Source: an uncultured Actinomycetes bacterium
Lineage (GTDB): Bacteria; Actinomycetota; UBA4738; HRBIN12
Length of the DNA stretch: 64,000 bases
Direction of reading: 5' to 3'
Assembly (NCBI GenBank): GCA_963704885.1
Contig: CAVPIB010000001.1
Coordinates: 96,001 to 160,000 of the forward strand
A program made the position numbers and the translations under genes. Numbering within the stretch: position 1 is the stretch's first letter; every line of letters begins with the position of its first letter. Shown here piece after piece: positions 47,755 to 59,359 of the stretch. The notes under the pieces are model-generated. The model was not told the DNA's origin and did no database searches. It worked only from the letters and a program-made list of their open reading frames with translations.

Positions 47755-50700
47755 CCCGGAATCCAATCACCAGGACTCCAGGATATCGGCGATCCCGGGT
47801 AGCTTGTGATGAGCTCACCCGACAGGGTTGTGATGACCGCGTAGAGCGACGTCGGGAGGCCAGTCGCGTTCCAAACGCCAATCTCGGACGCAGCGGAGAC
47901 TGCTCTCACGCAGGCCGTGTTGTCAGGCACAGCGATTGCTGACTGTGCCTCTATGACCAGTAGTTCCCACGGGACTCCGTCGAAGAAGACGCTCTTGCCA
48001 GCTGAGTTTGCCCCAGTCGATGTATGGTTGCGCTTCACGTGGGCGCGCGCGATATTGCCGATGTGTATGTAGCCCTGTGTGCAACCTGAATCTGCAGGTC
48101 GAGGTCGCGCCGGGTGGCTTTCTACTGCGTCCAAGAGGGCAGATGCCGCCCAGATTGTCAGCCCAGCAAGAGCCGCGGACCCCAACCTCTTGATCAGACC
48201 CCAGTCGTCGAGAAGCTCGTCAAGGCACCCCGGGACCGATGAGCAGTCGAGCACGAGGCTGAGCAGCGCCATCGCAACTAGGCCGACAGACACGATCGCG
48301 ACGCCGATGCATATCCCCATCGCTACGGGCCCCAGCGCGCACAAACCGGGGATCGCCCTGATGACGGCGATCAGCATGGCACCGATCGCCGGCCAAGCCG
48401 CAGAACCCGGGAGCGGGATGGCGACGGCCTCCTTCCCTGATGGATCGACCCAGGTGGCCGGGTCGTTGTTCGCGTACGCATAGAGGTTGTAGCCGAGACT
48501 TCCAGCGCCCGCGGGACGCTTCGTGTCCGATTGCAGGAACCGTCCGAGCGCCGGATCGAGCGTGCGAGCCCGCAGGTAGATGCCCCCGGTCGCATCGGTC
48601 GGCTCCCCGGTGAAGCCGAAGCCGATTGCCGTCCCCGACTGGGACCGCGTGGCGCCGAAGAGTTCGTAGGTCTTCGACCCAACGACCGACCCCGACGCGT
48701 TCGTGACCACGCGTACCGAGCCAAGCGCGTCCGTCAACGGGTAAAGGTCTCCCCCGCCGGTCGCCTCGATCAGGCCGTCGGCGTGCAGGTACGAGCGGCT
48801 CCCGTCGTCCACCACCATCGGCAGCCCGCCTTCGCGATCGACGAGGTAGTCGACAGGTGTCGAGTCGACCTCGGAGCCGACGCGAACGCCGTCACCGTCG
48901 TAAGTGTGGGTAGCGTCGTGGCCGTTCGCGGCCGACGTGACGAGCCGGTTCCCGTAGTCGTAGCTGTATTCGTCGGTCCCGAGATCGGTCAGGTTCCCTG
49001 CGTCGTCGGAGGTCGCCGACGTCGCCCCGACGCTCACGATCCTTCCCGCGTCGTCGTACGTGTAGGTGGTGGTGACCGAGTCGCGGGTTTCGGTGAGCCG
49101 GTTGCCGGCGTCGTCGTAGGTATAGGTGACCTCCTCGCTGTCCGCGTACTCCACGGCAATGAGCTGGCCCAGGTCGTCGTGCGTGTAGGTCTCGGTCCCG
49201 GCCTGCGTCGTCATCGAGGTTCGCATGCCGCGTTCGTCGTACGTGTAGTCGAAGGAGGCGAGCGTCGCCGCGTCCTTCACATGGTCGATCGATGAGATCC
49301 TGCCCGCGTCGTCGTAGGTGTAGGTGGACACCACCCCGTTCGGCCGGTCGATCTCGATGCGTCTTCCGTCCTCGTCGTAGGAGAACGTCGTCTCGTCGTT
49401 CGATGGGTCGGTGACCGAGTCGAGCTGGCCCGCGAGGTCGTAGCCGTAGCCGATCTCCCGGCCGCCGGGAAGCGTCATCGACGTTCGGCGGCCGGCCTCG
49501 TCCCAGTCGTAGGCGATCGTCCCGGCCGGCGCCGCGACCGAGCTCATCTGACCGGCGTCGTCGTAGGCCCAAGTCGTCGTCCCGGTGTCGTCGACCATCG
49601 AGGTCCGCCGCCCCGCGTCGTCGTAAGCGTAGGTGACATCTCCGCCGGGGAATGCGACCGAGGTGGGCAGGCCCCGCTCGTCGTAGGTCCAGGCCGTCTC
49701 GACTCCGCGGCCGTCGGTCCGCTCCACGAGCTGGCCGCGATCGTCGTAGACGAACGAGGTTACGTTGGAGAGCGGATCCGTGACGCTCGCCCGGTTGCCC
49801 AGGGCGTCGTACGAGTAGGTCCAGGTCTCCTCGTTGGGGTCCGTGAGGCTCGTGAGCTGGCCGGCGCCGTCGTAGCCGAACCCCACGACGCCTGAGAGCG
49901 CATCGGTGAGCGAGGTCATCCGCCCGGCCGCGTCGTAGGCATAGGTGGTGGCGTTGGAGAGCGGATCGGTCTCGGTGATGAGCCGCCCGGCGTCGTCGTA
50001 GGCGTACGTGGAGACGTTGGAGAGCGGGTCGGTGACGCTCGTGCGGTTCCCCATGTCGTCGTAGGCGTAGGTGGTCTCGGCGCCGGAGGGGAGCAGGACG
50101 GAGACCAGCCGTCCTGCGAGGTCATAGCCGTAGGTCGTTTCGTTCTCCAGGCCATCGGCGGTCGCGACGAGCTGCCCAGCGTCGTCGAACGTCGAGGTCG
50201 TCGTCCGCCCGGTCGGATCCGTGGTCTCGACGGTTCGGCCGACGGCGTCGAGGGTGTAGGTCGTGGTGTTGTCAGAGCGGGTCGGTGACCCCGACGAGCC
50301 GGCCGGCGTCGTCGTAGGCAGTAGGACGGTCGTGTTGGAGAGCGGATCGGTACCGGTCAGTCTTCCGGCCCGCGTCGTCGTAGGTGTAGGAGGTGGTGTT
50401 GGACAGCGGATCGGTCACGGCGACGAGCTGGTTCGCCTCGTCGTAGGTGCTCACCGTCGAGTTCTCGAGGGCGTCGGTCGTCGTGGTGAGGTTCCCGGCC
50501 TCGTCGTAGGTGTAGCCGACGGTCGCGGCGTTCGGCAGCGTCGCCGAGGTGAGGCGTCCCGCGTCGTCGTAGGCGTAGGTCGTCTCGCGGTCGATCGCGT
50601 CGGTCTCGGAGACCAGGCGCCCGGCTTCGTCGTAGGCCCAGCTCGTGGTGTTCGAAAGCGGGTCGGTCTCGGAGATGAGCCGGCCGGCGTCGTCGTAGGC

Positions 50701-53700
50701 CCAGGACGTCGTGTGGGACAGCGGATCAGTCATCGAGGTCATCCGAGCGTTGTCGTCGTAGGTGTAGGTCGACGTGTTGTTGTTGGCGTCGGTCTTGGCC
50801 TCGACGAGTCCGCGTTCGTCGTAGTCCCAGAGCGTCTCGGCGCCGGTGGGATCGGTGACCCGGATCAGGTGTCCGACCGCGTCGTATAGGAACTCGGTAT
50901 CGCGATCCAGGGGATCCCTGATCAGGATCAGCCGGCCGAGGAGGTCGTAGAAGTACGTCGTCGTCGCATCGAGCGGGTCGGTCTCGGTCTTCAGATGCCC
51001 GGCACCGTCGTAGGTGTAGGTCCAGGTGTGTGCGAGTGGGTCGGTCTCGGTGAGCTTGTGACCTCCGTCGTCGTAGGTGTAGGTCCAGGTGTTCTCCAAC
51101 GGATCGGTCTTCGTGAGCATGTTGCCGTCGGCGTCGTAGGTGAACGTCGTCTCCCGCTCCAGCGGGTCGGTCGAGGAGATGAGGTTCCCGTCGCCGTCGT
51201 AGGCGAGCGTCGTCGTGTTGCCGTTGCCGTCGGTCACCGTCGTCGGCAGATGCTTGGCGTTGTAGGTGAACGAGACGGGGTTCGCGAGCGGGTCCAGGGC
51301 CTCGAGCAGGTCCCCGTCGTCATCGAAGTCGAAGTCCCACTCGTTGAACTCGGGATCGATGACTGCGTCCAGGTTCCCGACGCCGTCGTAGACGTAGGAG
51401 ATCACGTGATCCGTCGGATCGACCGCGGCCTGGGTGCGGTGAAACCCGTCGAAGTAGAAAGTGGACTCCCCGCCCTCGGGATCGGTGACGAGCGTCGCGC
51501 CTTTCCCGGGGGTGTCGTAGGAGAGTTCGATCGTGTGATCGGCGGCGTCTGTCTGCGATACGACCCGGCCGAAGTCGTCGTAGACGTTGGCGACGACCTG
51601 GTTCTGCTCTTGGTCAGTGACTGTTGCGAGGCGGTGATGGTCGTAGGTGTAGGTGCGCTCGCCGTCCTCGGGGTCAGTCACCGAGACGAGGTCGTCCGAG
51701 CCGTCGTAGGCGTAGGTGTAGACCGCATCGAGCGGGTCCGTGACGGTGAGGAGACGCCCGGAGCTGTAGGTGAGGGTGATGCTCCGATCCCCCGGCGCCT
51801 CGACGCTACTGAGCAGGCCCCCGCCGTCGTAGGAGAGGGCGATCTCGTTGCCGTTCAGATCCTCGATCGAATCCAGGCGCCCGGCCGAGGTGAACCGGTA
51901 GATCTGGTTGTTCTTCGTGGTGAGCGTGAACTCCCCGCCGGTCTCTTCCACGAGCGCCGAGTGCACGCGCGGATCGGCAACGCGGTACGTTCCGTTCGTC
52001 TGGTGGAGGAACCCCTCCTCCCGGCCCTGGCCGAAGACGACCGCGACGTCGCTCCCAGAGAACTCGAGATGCGTGTCGTAGGTGTGTGACCAGCGGTAAC
52101 CGAGCGTCCCGAGATGATCGGAGTGGGCGTTGTAGTAGCGGGTGAAGGCGAGCGGCGCCGTGCCGGGGAGCGAGAGGTCCTGCTCCGCGAAGGCGACCGA
52201 GCCGGTCGTGGTGTCGATACCCATCCCCACCCTGCTGGAGAACGGTTCGGAGAGCCGCTGGCGGGCGACGTTGTCGCCCAGCGAATACATGCGCCCCAGA
52301 CCGGGGATCTTGATGATGAAGCGCCCCCGATCGCCCATGAAGTCGCTCACGGGCAGACGTTCGGTCACGTATCCGGTCGGGTCGTTCGACGCGGTCGAGA
52401 GGATCACCCAACTCTGGGACTGATCGTTCTCCCAGGTCACCGACGTGCTCCCCGCACCGGAGCCAGCCCCGATGTCGTAGGCGAGCGTGAACCAGCGGGT
52501 CTGGACGTACGTCGTGTCGACGATCCCTGGGGAGATCCAGGCCGAGCGGATGTAGGACGTGGCGTCGACCGGCGTCGTGACGTAGCTCCCATGGGTGTCT
52601 TCGCCCACCGCGATCCCTCCGGTGCCCGTGACCGCCCAACCCGGCAATACGGAGGTGACCAGACCGGCATCGTCGACGTTCAACCCCGGGCCGGACCACG
52701 GTCGGATACGGAGCTTCACCGTCTCCCCGGTATGCGCCCCGATCCCGTACGTGAGCGTCGTCCACGTCGACCCGATGGACGTGTAGTCGAGCTGATCAAC
52801 GGTCTCGAAGCTCGTCCCCGTCAGGACCTCGACGAAGAAGTACTCCGAGGAGCTCGTCTTGGAGCGCACCCGGAGTGAGATGTTCTGCGCGTCATCGGCG
52901 ACCTCGACCGCGCCTGAGATCAGGTTCCCGTTGGTGGAGACGTAGTGGCCCCCGGCACCGTCGCTGATGCGTTCGGCGGATGCCGGTACCGACCAGTCGG
53001 GGATCTCCTCGAGCTGGACCCCGATGTCATCCGCGTGGATCGTGCCGGTGATCTGTGTCACCCTTACCTTGATGTCCTCGCCTAGGTACGGTGAGATATC
53101 GAAGCGCACGTCTTCCCATGCGGACGTGGAGGCGTAACCGATCTTCACATCCGTGTAGGTCGAGTAGTTCGGCCCCACGGCTACCTTGATCCGGTACTGA
53201 GGGCTGCCGCCCGTGCCCTTGATCTGCACGCTGCCCTGTTGAGCCATCTCATCGACGGCGAAGGCCTCGGTCGTGACGGTGATCGAAGTAGAGATGCTCA
53301 CATAGTGGTCTCCCTGACCGTCGACCTCGCGGCGGAAGTTGCCCGCGAGAACGTGACCCGGGAAGACCTCCTGGATCGAAACATCGTCGACCCCGACCTC
53401 GCCTGAATACCGGGAGAACTTGAGCTTGATCTGCTGGTCTTGGTACGCGCTGACATCCACGTATGAGGTCGACCAATACCCGCACTGGTAGCAGCTGTCG
53501 TCCTTCAGGAGCGTCGAGGTCGAGAATCCGGTGCCGGAGAGGGCATAGACCCGGACCCAGCTGTAGCTGGACGTGGTCACGTAGTTCACGTTGTAGACGA
53601 TCGCCTGCGCGTCCGAGTCGATGTCGAGCGCAGAGCTCGTCAGCGTGTCGCTCGAGCCGAGCTTCGCCCAGTCGTCGCCGTTGTCGGTCTGGATCGAGGG

Positions 53701-54105
53701 GTCGCTCGTGATCGTCCAGCCGCTGAAGGTTCCAGTCTCGAAGTCTGCGTTGGAAGGCGTGTCTTGGGTCACCGGGTCGTCCTCGAGATCGAAGTTCTCC
53801 CGAGGGGTGCCGACCTCCTCCGAGGCGGCCTCGAAATCGGCGTTCGAGGCCGAAGCTAGTGCCTCGGTTTTCCCATCGAACGTGTGATTCAACGGATACG
53901 CAGGTTCGGCATCTGAGAGGGTCGGCGGGTCTGCCTTCGCCTCCGGGGTCAAACCTGGCAGGAATGACCCTCGCGGAACCGCTTGCAGGACAAGCGCAAC
54001 CGCCGTGAGACACAGGATAATGGCGATGCGGCGATGCTTCGGCTGGTGTATCGGTCGGTCGGTTCCTCCGTTCCGATCGGGGCCGCCAGACCGGAAATCA
54101 GTCAT
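47751..54105 (-). CDS. Secreted RHS/YD-repeat polymorphic toxin, ~2100 aa (frameshifts near 50270-50360)
   Basis: RBS and signal peptide, DUF6531-like segment, many YD/YTYD..GRL repeats, core FGFTGE..YLRAR..GRFLQ..YANNDPATWVDPSG, then a hydrophobic linker and a C-terminal domain. Confidence 0.9.
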
Positions 54106-54212
54106 CGTCGCATCCTCCCGCGGGGAAGCCCGATGATGAGTGACGGACGTTACTCCTGGCTTCACGCAAAGGCAAGCTCACCGTCACGCCGGAAGACCAC
54201 GTGCTCGGGGGG

Positions 54213-54926
54213 TTAGGCGCGCGGCGCCGGAATCCCCTCGATCCGCTCGCCTTGTCCGAACCGGCGCTCCCCGTCCGGTCGGACCAACGTGACGGCGCCC
54301 TCGCCCAGGACCCGCCAGCCGTCGCCGGACCAGGCGGCAGCCGTACGTTCATCGATACCGGCGAGCACGACCTTCTCGGACGGACGACCTGCTAAGGCCG
54401 ATCCGATCCACGACCGTCCGAACGTCCCGAAATGTGGCAGGACGGCGAGCCCGGGCACCAGGCCGAGCGCGTCGAGGTAGGTGCGATCATGGTCGCCGGG
54501 GAAGCGACTCCGGGTGAGCGTCCAGCTCCCCATGGCCATGGCCCCCGCGCTCGATCCCGCGAGCGCGGCACCGGCCAGCCACGCACCCATGATCGCCTCC
54601 CACACCGGCGATCCACGCAGGACGTTGGCCACGATCCCGGGATCGCCCCCGACCAGGTAGAAGAACCGACCTTCCGCCGCCCGGGCGGCCACCTCCTCGG
54701 ATCGCGCCTGCTTCGCCGTTCGAACCGGCAGCTCCTCCACGTCCAGTCCGAAGCGGGCGAACCAATCGCGGGCGTGTGTGACCGCGAGCTCGGGGCGGTG
54801 CCGAGCGGCGGCCGTGGCCACGATGTACGCCGGTCCGTCACCCGCTGCCGCTGCGAGCAACTCGTCCTGCGGTTCATTGCCGGGGTTCAGCTCGTCACCA
54901 CCGACCAATGCGAGAGGTCCGGCCAT
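54213..54926 (-). CDS. Peptidase S51 / cyanophycinase-like protein
   Basis: ALVGGDE, GGDP, GSSAGA, LPHF, GIDE. Confidence 0.85.
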   Translation of the reverse strand: MAGPLALVGGDELNPGNEPQDELLAAAAGDGPAYIVATAAARHRPELAVTHARDWFARFGLDVEELPVRTAKQARSEEVAARAAEGRFFYLVGGDPGIVANVLRGSPVWEAIMGAWLAGAALAGSSAGAMAMGSWTLTRSRFPGDHDRTYLDALGLVPGLAVLPHFGTFGRSWIGSALAGRPSEKVVLAGIDERTAAAWSGDGWRVLGEGAVTLVRPDGERRFGQGERIEGIPAPRA

Positions 54927-54976
54927 GTCGGCAGCCTACGCCGGGGTCTCCCGAACGACCCGACTATGCTGGTCGC

Positions 54977-55846
54977 ATGTCCCTGTACGAGATGACCTCG
55001 AAGATCTCGTTCGCGGCGCCGGTCATGATCGGCGCGTTCGACGGGTGGATCGATGCATCGGGCGCATCGACGAGCGCGGCAACGACGCTCGGAAACCGCG
55101 GCGATGTGATCGCGCGGTTCGACACGGACGCTCTGTACGACTACCGCGCCCGCAGGCCGGCACTCGACGTGATCGACGGGACCCTCACGCGGCTCGAATG
55201 GCCCGAGCTCACGCTGCGGAGCATGGAATCGGGCGGGCGACACCTGTTGATCTTGACGGGTCCCGAGCCCGACTTCCGGTGGCGCCAGCTGGGCACCGAT
55301 GTCTTGGACCTGTGCTTGCGCGCAGGGGTCGTCCAATGGGCGAGTCTGGGCGCGCTCCCGGCAGCGGTTCCGCATACCCGGCCGGTACCTGTACTCGCGA
55401 CGGCATCGGCCCCGGATCTGCTCCAAGATGACGAGGTCCAGGGTCCAGCAGGTTTGCTCCGGGTCCCCGGCGCCGCGCTCAGCACGATCGAGATGGCAGT
55501 GAGCGGCACCGGGATACCCTCGGTCGGGTTCTACGCGCAGGTGCCTCACTACGTCGGAGGGCCATACGCCTCGGCATCGATCGCGTTGCTAGAGCACCTG
55601 GGACGCCACCTCGGCGTCGACCTCCCCCTAGGAGCGCTGGTCACCGAAGCTCAGGAGCAGCGCGATCGCCTGGATGCCGCCGTTGCCGAGGATGCGGATG
55701 CCGCAGGCTACCTGCAGCGGCTCGAGACGATCGCTGGCGACGAGCGCATACCGTCGGGTGACGAGCTCGCCTCGGAGATCGAGCGATTCCTCTCAGAGAC
55801 CGGCCGTGATGCCGGGGACGAGGGCGGGTCCTTCGAGGGGCGCTGA
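54977..55846 (+). CDS. PAC2-family proteasome assembly chaperone
   Basis: FDGWIDA, DYRARRP, GPEPDFRW, PHTRP, VPHY. Confidence 0.88.
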   Translation: MSLYEMTSKISFAAPVMIGAFDGWIDASGASTSAATTLGNRGDVIARFDTDALYDYRARRPALDVIDGTLTRLEWPELTLRSMESGGRHLLILTGPEPDFRWRQLGTDVLDLCLRAGVVQWASLGALPAAVPHTRPVPVLATASAPDLLQDDEVQGPAGLLRVPGAALSTIEMAVSGTGIPSVGFYAQVPHYVGGPYASASIALLEHLGRHLGVDLPLGALVTEAQEQRDRLDAAVAEDADAAGYLQRLETIAGDERIPSGDELASEIERFLSETGRDAGDEGGSFEGR

Positions 55847-55867
55847 CGCTGGAGCGCGGTTGTTCCT

Positions 55868-57136
55868 TCAGCGATCGGTGACGACGGCCAGCACCGCATC
55901 AACAGCATCTTCGTAGCTCGTAACGCATCGCCCATGATCGACCAGCTCGCGCCAGATCTGCGTGGCGCGCCCCCCCGTGAAATCGCGCTCCGTGATCGGC
56001 ATCGTGTCCAACAGGACCATCGACCGGCCGCTCATGGCCGACTCCAGCGCCAGCTCGAGGTTCCGCACGTTCCCCGGCCCGAAGGGGACGTCGCAGACGA
56101 CGATGACATCGGCCGCGGCGGCCAGCCCTCGCCAGGTTATTGCGCTCTCGTCATCGATGACCGCGAACGCAGGAACAGACACACGCTCCAGGTCCAGGCG
56201 TTCGGCAACCACGTCGTCGGTGTCCGTTCCGTGGAGGACGCCGGCGGTTACTTGCACGCCTCGCTCCGCGAGCAGCCGGAACAGCGGCGCCGCGCGACCG
56301 GCGCCGCCGACCACCAGCGCCCGCACCGCGATCGCGGCGACGGCCGTCTCGGGTGGACCCACCGAGACGGCGGGTCGCCCGGTCGCGGGATTCGTGACGA
56401 CGTCGGCGGTGACGCCGTACACCGTCCGGAGGAGCTCGACGGTCACGACCTCCTCGGGACGTCCCTCCGCAACGATCGAACCATCGGACATCGCCACCAG
56501 GCGGTCGCAGGCAGCGACCGCCAGGGTGAGATCGTGTAAGACAGCAAGCACAGCGGTTCCCCGCGATGCGGCCAACTCGCGCATCAACTGGTGCAGCTCG
56601 ATCACATGGCGGATATCGAGGTGGGTCGTCGGCTCATCCAGCAGCAGGACCGGCGTCTCCTGGGCCAACGCCTGTGCGAGCACCACCCGTCGACGCTCAC
56701 CGCCCGAGAGCTCGGATATCGAGCGATCCGCCAGATGCTGCACGGCAACGGCTTCCATCGCCTCGCGTACGGACCTCCAGTCCTGCTCCGAACCCGATCC
56801 CCATCGGGAGAGGTAAGGGGTGCGCCCCATCAGCACGAACTCGAGCACGGAGATCGCGAACGCCGGCAGCACGTCCTGCGGGACCACCGCGACCATCCTG
56901 GCGGCCTCGCGGCCGCTCATCGCGTACGGATCGCGCGCGGCCACGCGGACCTCGCCCGCGGTGGGAGGCAGGGTCCTCGACACCACACGGACGAGGGTGG
57001 TCTTTCCACATCCGTTCGGTCCGACCAGCCCAACGACCTCGCCGGCGCTCGCCGAGACGTCGATCCCGTGCAACACCTCTGTCGAGCCATACGCAGCGCG
57101 CACACCCCGCAGCTCCAGCGTGGCCTCAAGCACCAC
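55868..57136 (-). CDS. btuD: Cobalamin/Fe-complex ABC ATP-binding protein with C-terminal extension
   Basis: GPNGCGKT, LSGGE, LDEPT; in a riboswitch-controlled operon. Confidence 0.8.
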   Translation of the reverse strand: MVLEATLELRGVRAAYGSTEVLHGIDVSASAGEVVGLVGPNGCGKTTLVRVVSRTLPPTAGEVRVAARDPYAMSGREAARMVAVVPQDVLPAFAISVLEFVLMGRTPYLSRWGSGSEQDWRSVREAMEAVAVQHLADRSISELSGGERRRVVLAQALAQETPVLLLDEPTTHLDIRHVIELHQLMRELAASRGTAVLAVLHDLTLAVAACDRLVAMSDGSIVAEGRPEEVVTVELLRTVYGVTADVVTNPATGRPAVSVGPPETAVAAIAVRALVVGGAGRAAPLFRLLAERGVQVTAGVLHGTDTDDVVAERLDLERVSVPAFAVIDDESAITWRGLAAAADVIVVCDVPFGPGNVRNLELALESAMSGRSMVLLDTMPITERDFTGGRATQIWRELVDHGRCVTSYEDAVDAVLAVVTDR

Positions 57137-58172
57137 GGAGGCTCCTCCCTTGCTCCCGCCGGAGCAGCCAGAGGAAGAACGGCGCGCCGATCAGGGCCGT
57201 GACGACGCCTAGCGGCAGCTCTTCGGGCTCCACGGCGACGCGTGCGATCAGGTCGGCCAGCACCATGAAGATGGCTCCGCCGAGCAGCACCGCAGGCAGC
57301 AGCCGACGATGATCGGCTCCGACGAACAGGCGTAAGACGTGCGGCGTCATCAATCCGACGAAGCCGATCACGCCGGCCACCGAGACGGCGGCGGCGGCGA
57401 GCAGTGCCCCTACCGCGATCGCGCGCCGCTTGAATATCGCAACGTCTACCCCGAGCTGCGCCGCTCGCTCTTCGCCGAGTGCCATGAGGTTCATGTCACG
57501 TACCAGGAAGACGGCGGCGGCGATGCCGATCACGAGGAAAGGAACGACGGCTCCCACGGAGTTCCAACCCCTGGCGCTCAATCCACCCAGGAGCCAGAAG
57601 TAGATGCTCCTTATCTGCTCACCCGAGAACGACATCACAAGTGACATCACGCTCGAGATCGCTGCGGCAACAGCGATGCCCGCGAGAAGGAGCGTCGCCA
57701 CCTGCACCGCGGGACCGATCCGGGCCAAGCGGTAGACCAGGAACGCGGTGACGAGCGCGCCGGCGAAGGCGGCGGCCGACACCAGGAGGCCACCCGCCGC
57801 AGCCCCTGCGCCGGCCACGATCACGACGATGGCGGCCAAGGCCGCGCCGGACGACACACCGATGATGGCCGGATCGGCGAGCGGATTGCGGAACAACCCC
57901 TGAAACATCATCCCGGACGCGCCCAGGCCGGCGCCCACCAGTACAGCCAGGAGCACCCGCGGCAACCGGAGTTGCAGGACGATGACCTCGGCCGCCCGTG
58001 AGACGCCGTCCGGCTCCTGGATTAGATACAGCTTCCAGGCGAAGATCCGAAGCGTCGACCACGGGGGGATCCACACGGCGCCCACGGCCACCGATACGAG
58101 CACCGAACCGACGAGGACGAGCGACAGCACGACCATGACATGGCGGTACCGTCGCGCGCCCGGGAGCGGCAT
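57126..58172 (-). CDS. btuC: FecCD/BtuC-type permease
   Basis: RLPR, FRNPLADP, IGFVGL. Confidence 0.85.
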   Translation of the reverse strand: MPLPGARRYRHVMVVLSLVLVGSVLVSVAVGAVWIPPWSTLRIFAWKLYLIQEPDGVSRAAEVIVLQLRLPRVLLAVLVGAGLGASGMMFQGLFRNPLADPAIIGVSSGAALAAIVVIVAGAGAAAGGLLVSAAAFAGALVTAFLVYRLARIGPAVQVATLLLAGIAVAAAISSVMSLVMSFSGEQIRSIYFWLLGGLSARGWNSVGAVVPFLVIGIAAAVFLVRDMNLMALGEERAAQLGVDVAIFKRRAIAVGALLAAAAVSVAGVIGFVGLMTPHVLRLFVGADHRRLLPAVLLGGAIFMVLADLIARVAVEPEELPLGVVTALIGAPFFLWLLRREQGRSLRGA

Positions 58173-59119
58173 CAGCCCGACGGGTGCAGAGCGGCTTCCA
58201 GCGCCTCGAGCCCCTCGATGACCCGCGGACCCGGTCGCGTGATCAGGTCTGAGTCCACCATCACCACGGCGCCGGAGGCCACGGCGGGGATCGCCTCGAA
58301 CCCGGGACGGCTAGCCACCGCCTCGGCGCTCTTCGCGGATTCCGGTGTCGCGACGTACACGTCCACCCGACCCGCGATCAGCTTCTCCACCGACCACGTC
58401 GGGTAGTCACTCTTCGCGTTCGCCGTCGCGGGATCGCAGCCGGCCCGCTCGAGCAGGTCGTAGATGAACGTTTCGGGACCGATGGTCGTGAGGGGAGGGA
58501 AGTACACCTCGAAGAAGCATGAGACCGGGCCGCCGGCGTCGGTCACCGCCGCCGTGACGGCATCCGCTCGTGCCTGCATGTCCGAGGTCAGCGCGTCGGC
58601 CGCCTCGGTCGCTCCGGTGATGCGGCCCAAGGAACGGATGTCGTCGAGGAGATCGGGCAGGTCGGTCGCGTTCAACGTGACCACGGGAACGTCCAGGTCG
58701 CGCAGCCGCTGCTTCCACTGATCCCCGCCCGAGATCGTCAGGAACAGATCCGGCTGGATCGACACGACCTCCTCGATGTTGGGATCGACCCCGAATTCAC
58801 CCGCACCGCCGATCTCCGGCACTTCCTCAGCGGCAGCCGGGTAGTCGTCGTAGCTGCCCGACACTCCTACCAGGCGATCGCCGAGTCCGAGCGCATAGAC
58901 CGTCTCCGTCATGGAGGGGGCGAAGGTCACGATGCGCTGCGGCGGTGATTCGATGGTGACCTGTTGACCGTCGTCATCGGTGATGGTGATCGGGAAAGCA
59001 CTTGTCGAGTCCGATGAAGGGGAACTCGAGGCGGTCGCCCCACCGCCTGCAGTCGAACCTGAGCAGGCCGTCAGGAAGAGCAATGCGGCGGCGATGCCAC
59101 CGACAGATCGAGCACGCAT
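58172..59119 (-). CDS. btuF: Cobalamin-binding ABC lipoprotein
   Basis: Lipobox LTAC, PQRIVTFAPSMTE, RPGPR. Confidence 0.85.
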   Translation of the reverse strand: MRARSVGGIAAALLFLTACSGSTAGGGATASSSPSSDSTSAFPITITDDDGQQVTIESPPQRIVTFAPSMTETVYALGLGDRLVGVSGSYDDYPAAAEEVPEIGGAGEFGVDPNIEEVVSIQPDLFLTISGGDQWKQRLRDLDVPVVTLNATDLPDLLDDIRSLGRITGATEAADALTSDMQARADAVTAAVTDAGGPVSCFFEVYFPPLTTIGPETFIYDLLERAGCDPATANAKSDYPTWSVEKLIAGRVDVYVATPESAKSAEAVASRPGFEAIPAVASGAVVMVDSDLITRPGPRVIEGLEALEAALHPSG

Positions 59120-59157
59120 CCGAGCGTCTCCTTTCGTGCGAAGGTGAACGCCTCCAG

Positions 59158-59315
59158 CGTGCGGTCCGATCTCCTGACTCCCGGATCCTCGCTCCCCCGA
59201 CCCCTTCCCAGGCACTAGGCCCAGTGGGCTACTGTCGGGATCGCTCCCCGGTCACAGTGGCGCGACCGTGCCGGATTCTCACCGGCTTCCCTTCGCGCAC
59301 GCTTGAAGCTATGCG
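59158..59315 (-). ncRNA. Cobalamin riboswitch
   Basis: GGGAAGCCGGTGAGAATCCGGCACGGTCGCGCCACTGT...CCACTG...GGGAAG...AGTCAGGAGA upstream of btuF. Confidence 0.92.
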
Positions 59316-59359
59316 GTTGCGCGGAGTGTACCGCCGGGCTCGACCGGTAGCATCGTCGG

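Noticed and set aside
50055-50360. RHS split into two genes or programmed frameshift
   Set aside because: YD repeats continue through the gap in a shifted frame; simple indels (sequencing error or mutation) explain it.
48900-51800. Recurrent GTCGTCGTAGG-like repeats as a CRISPR or DNA repeat array
   Set aside because: They encode the YD repeats of the RHS protein; there is no constant repeat-spacer structure.
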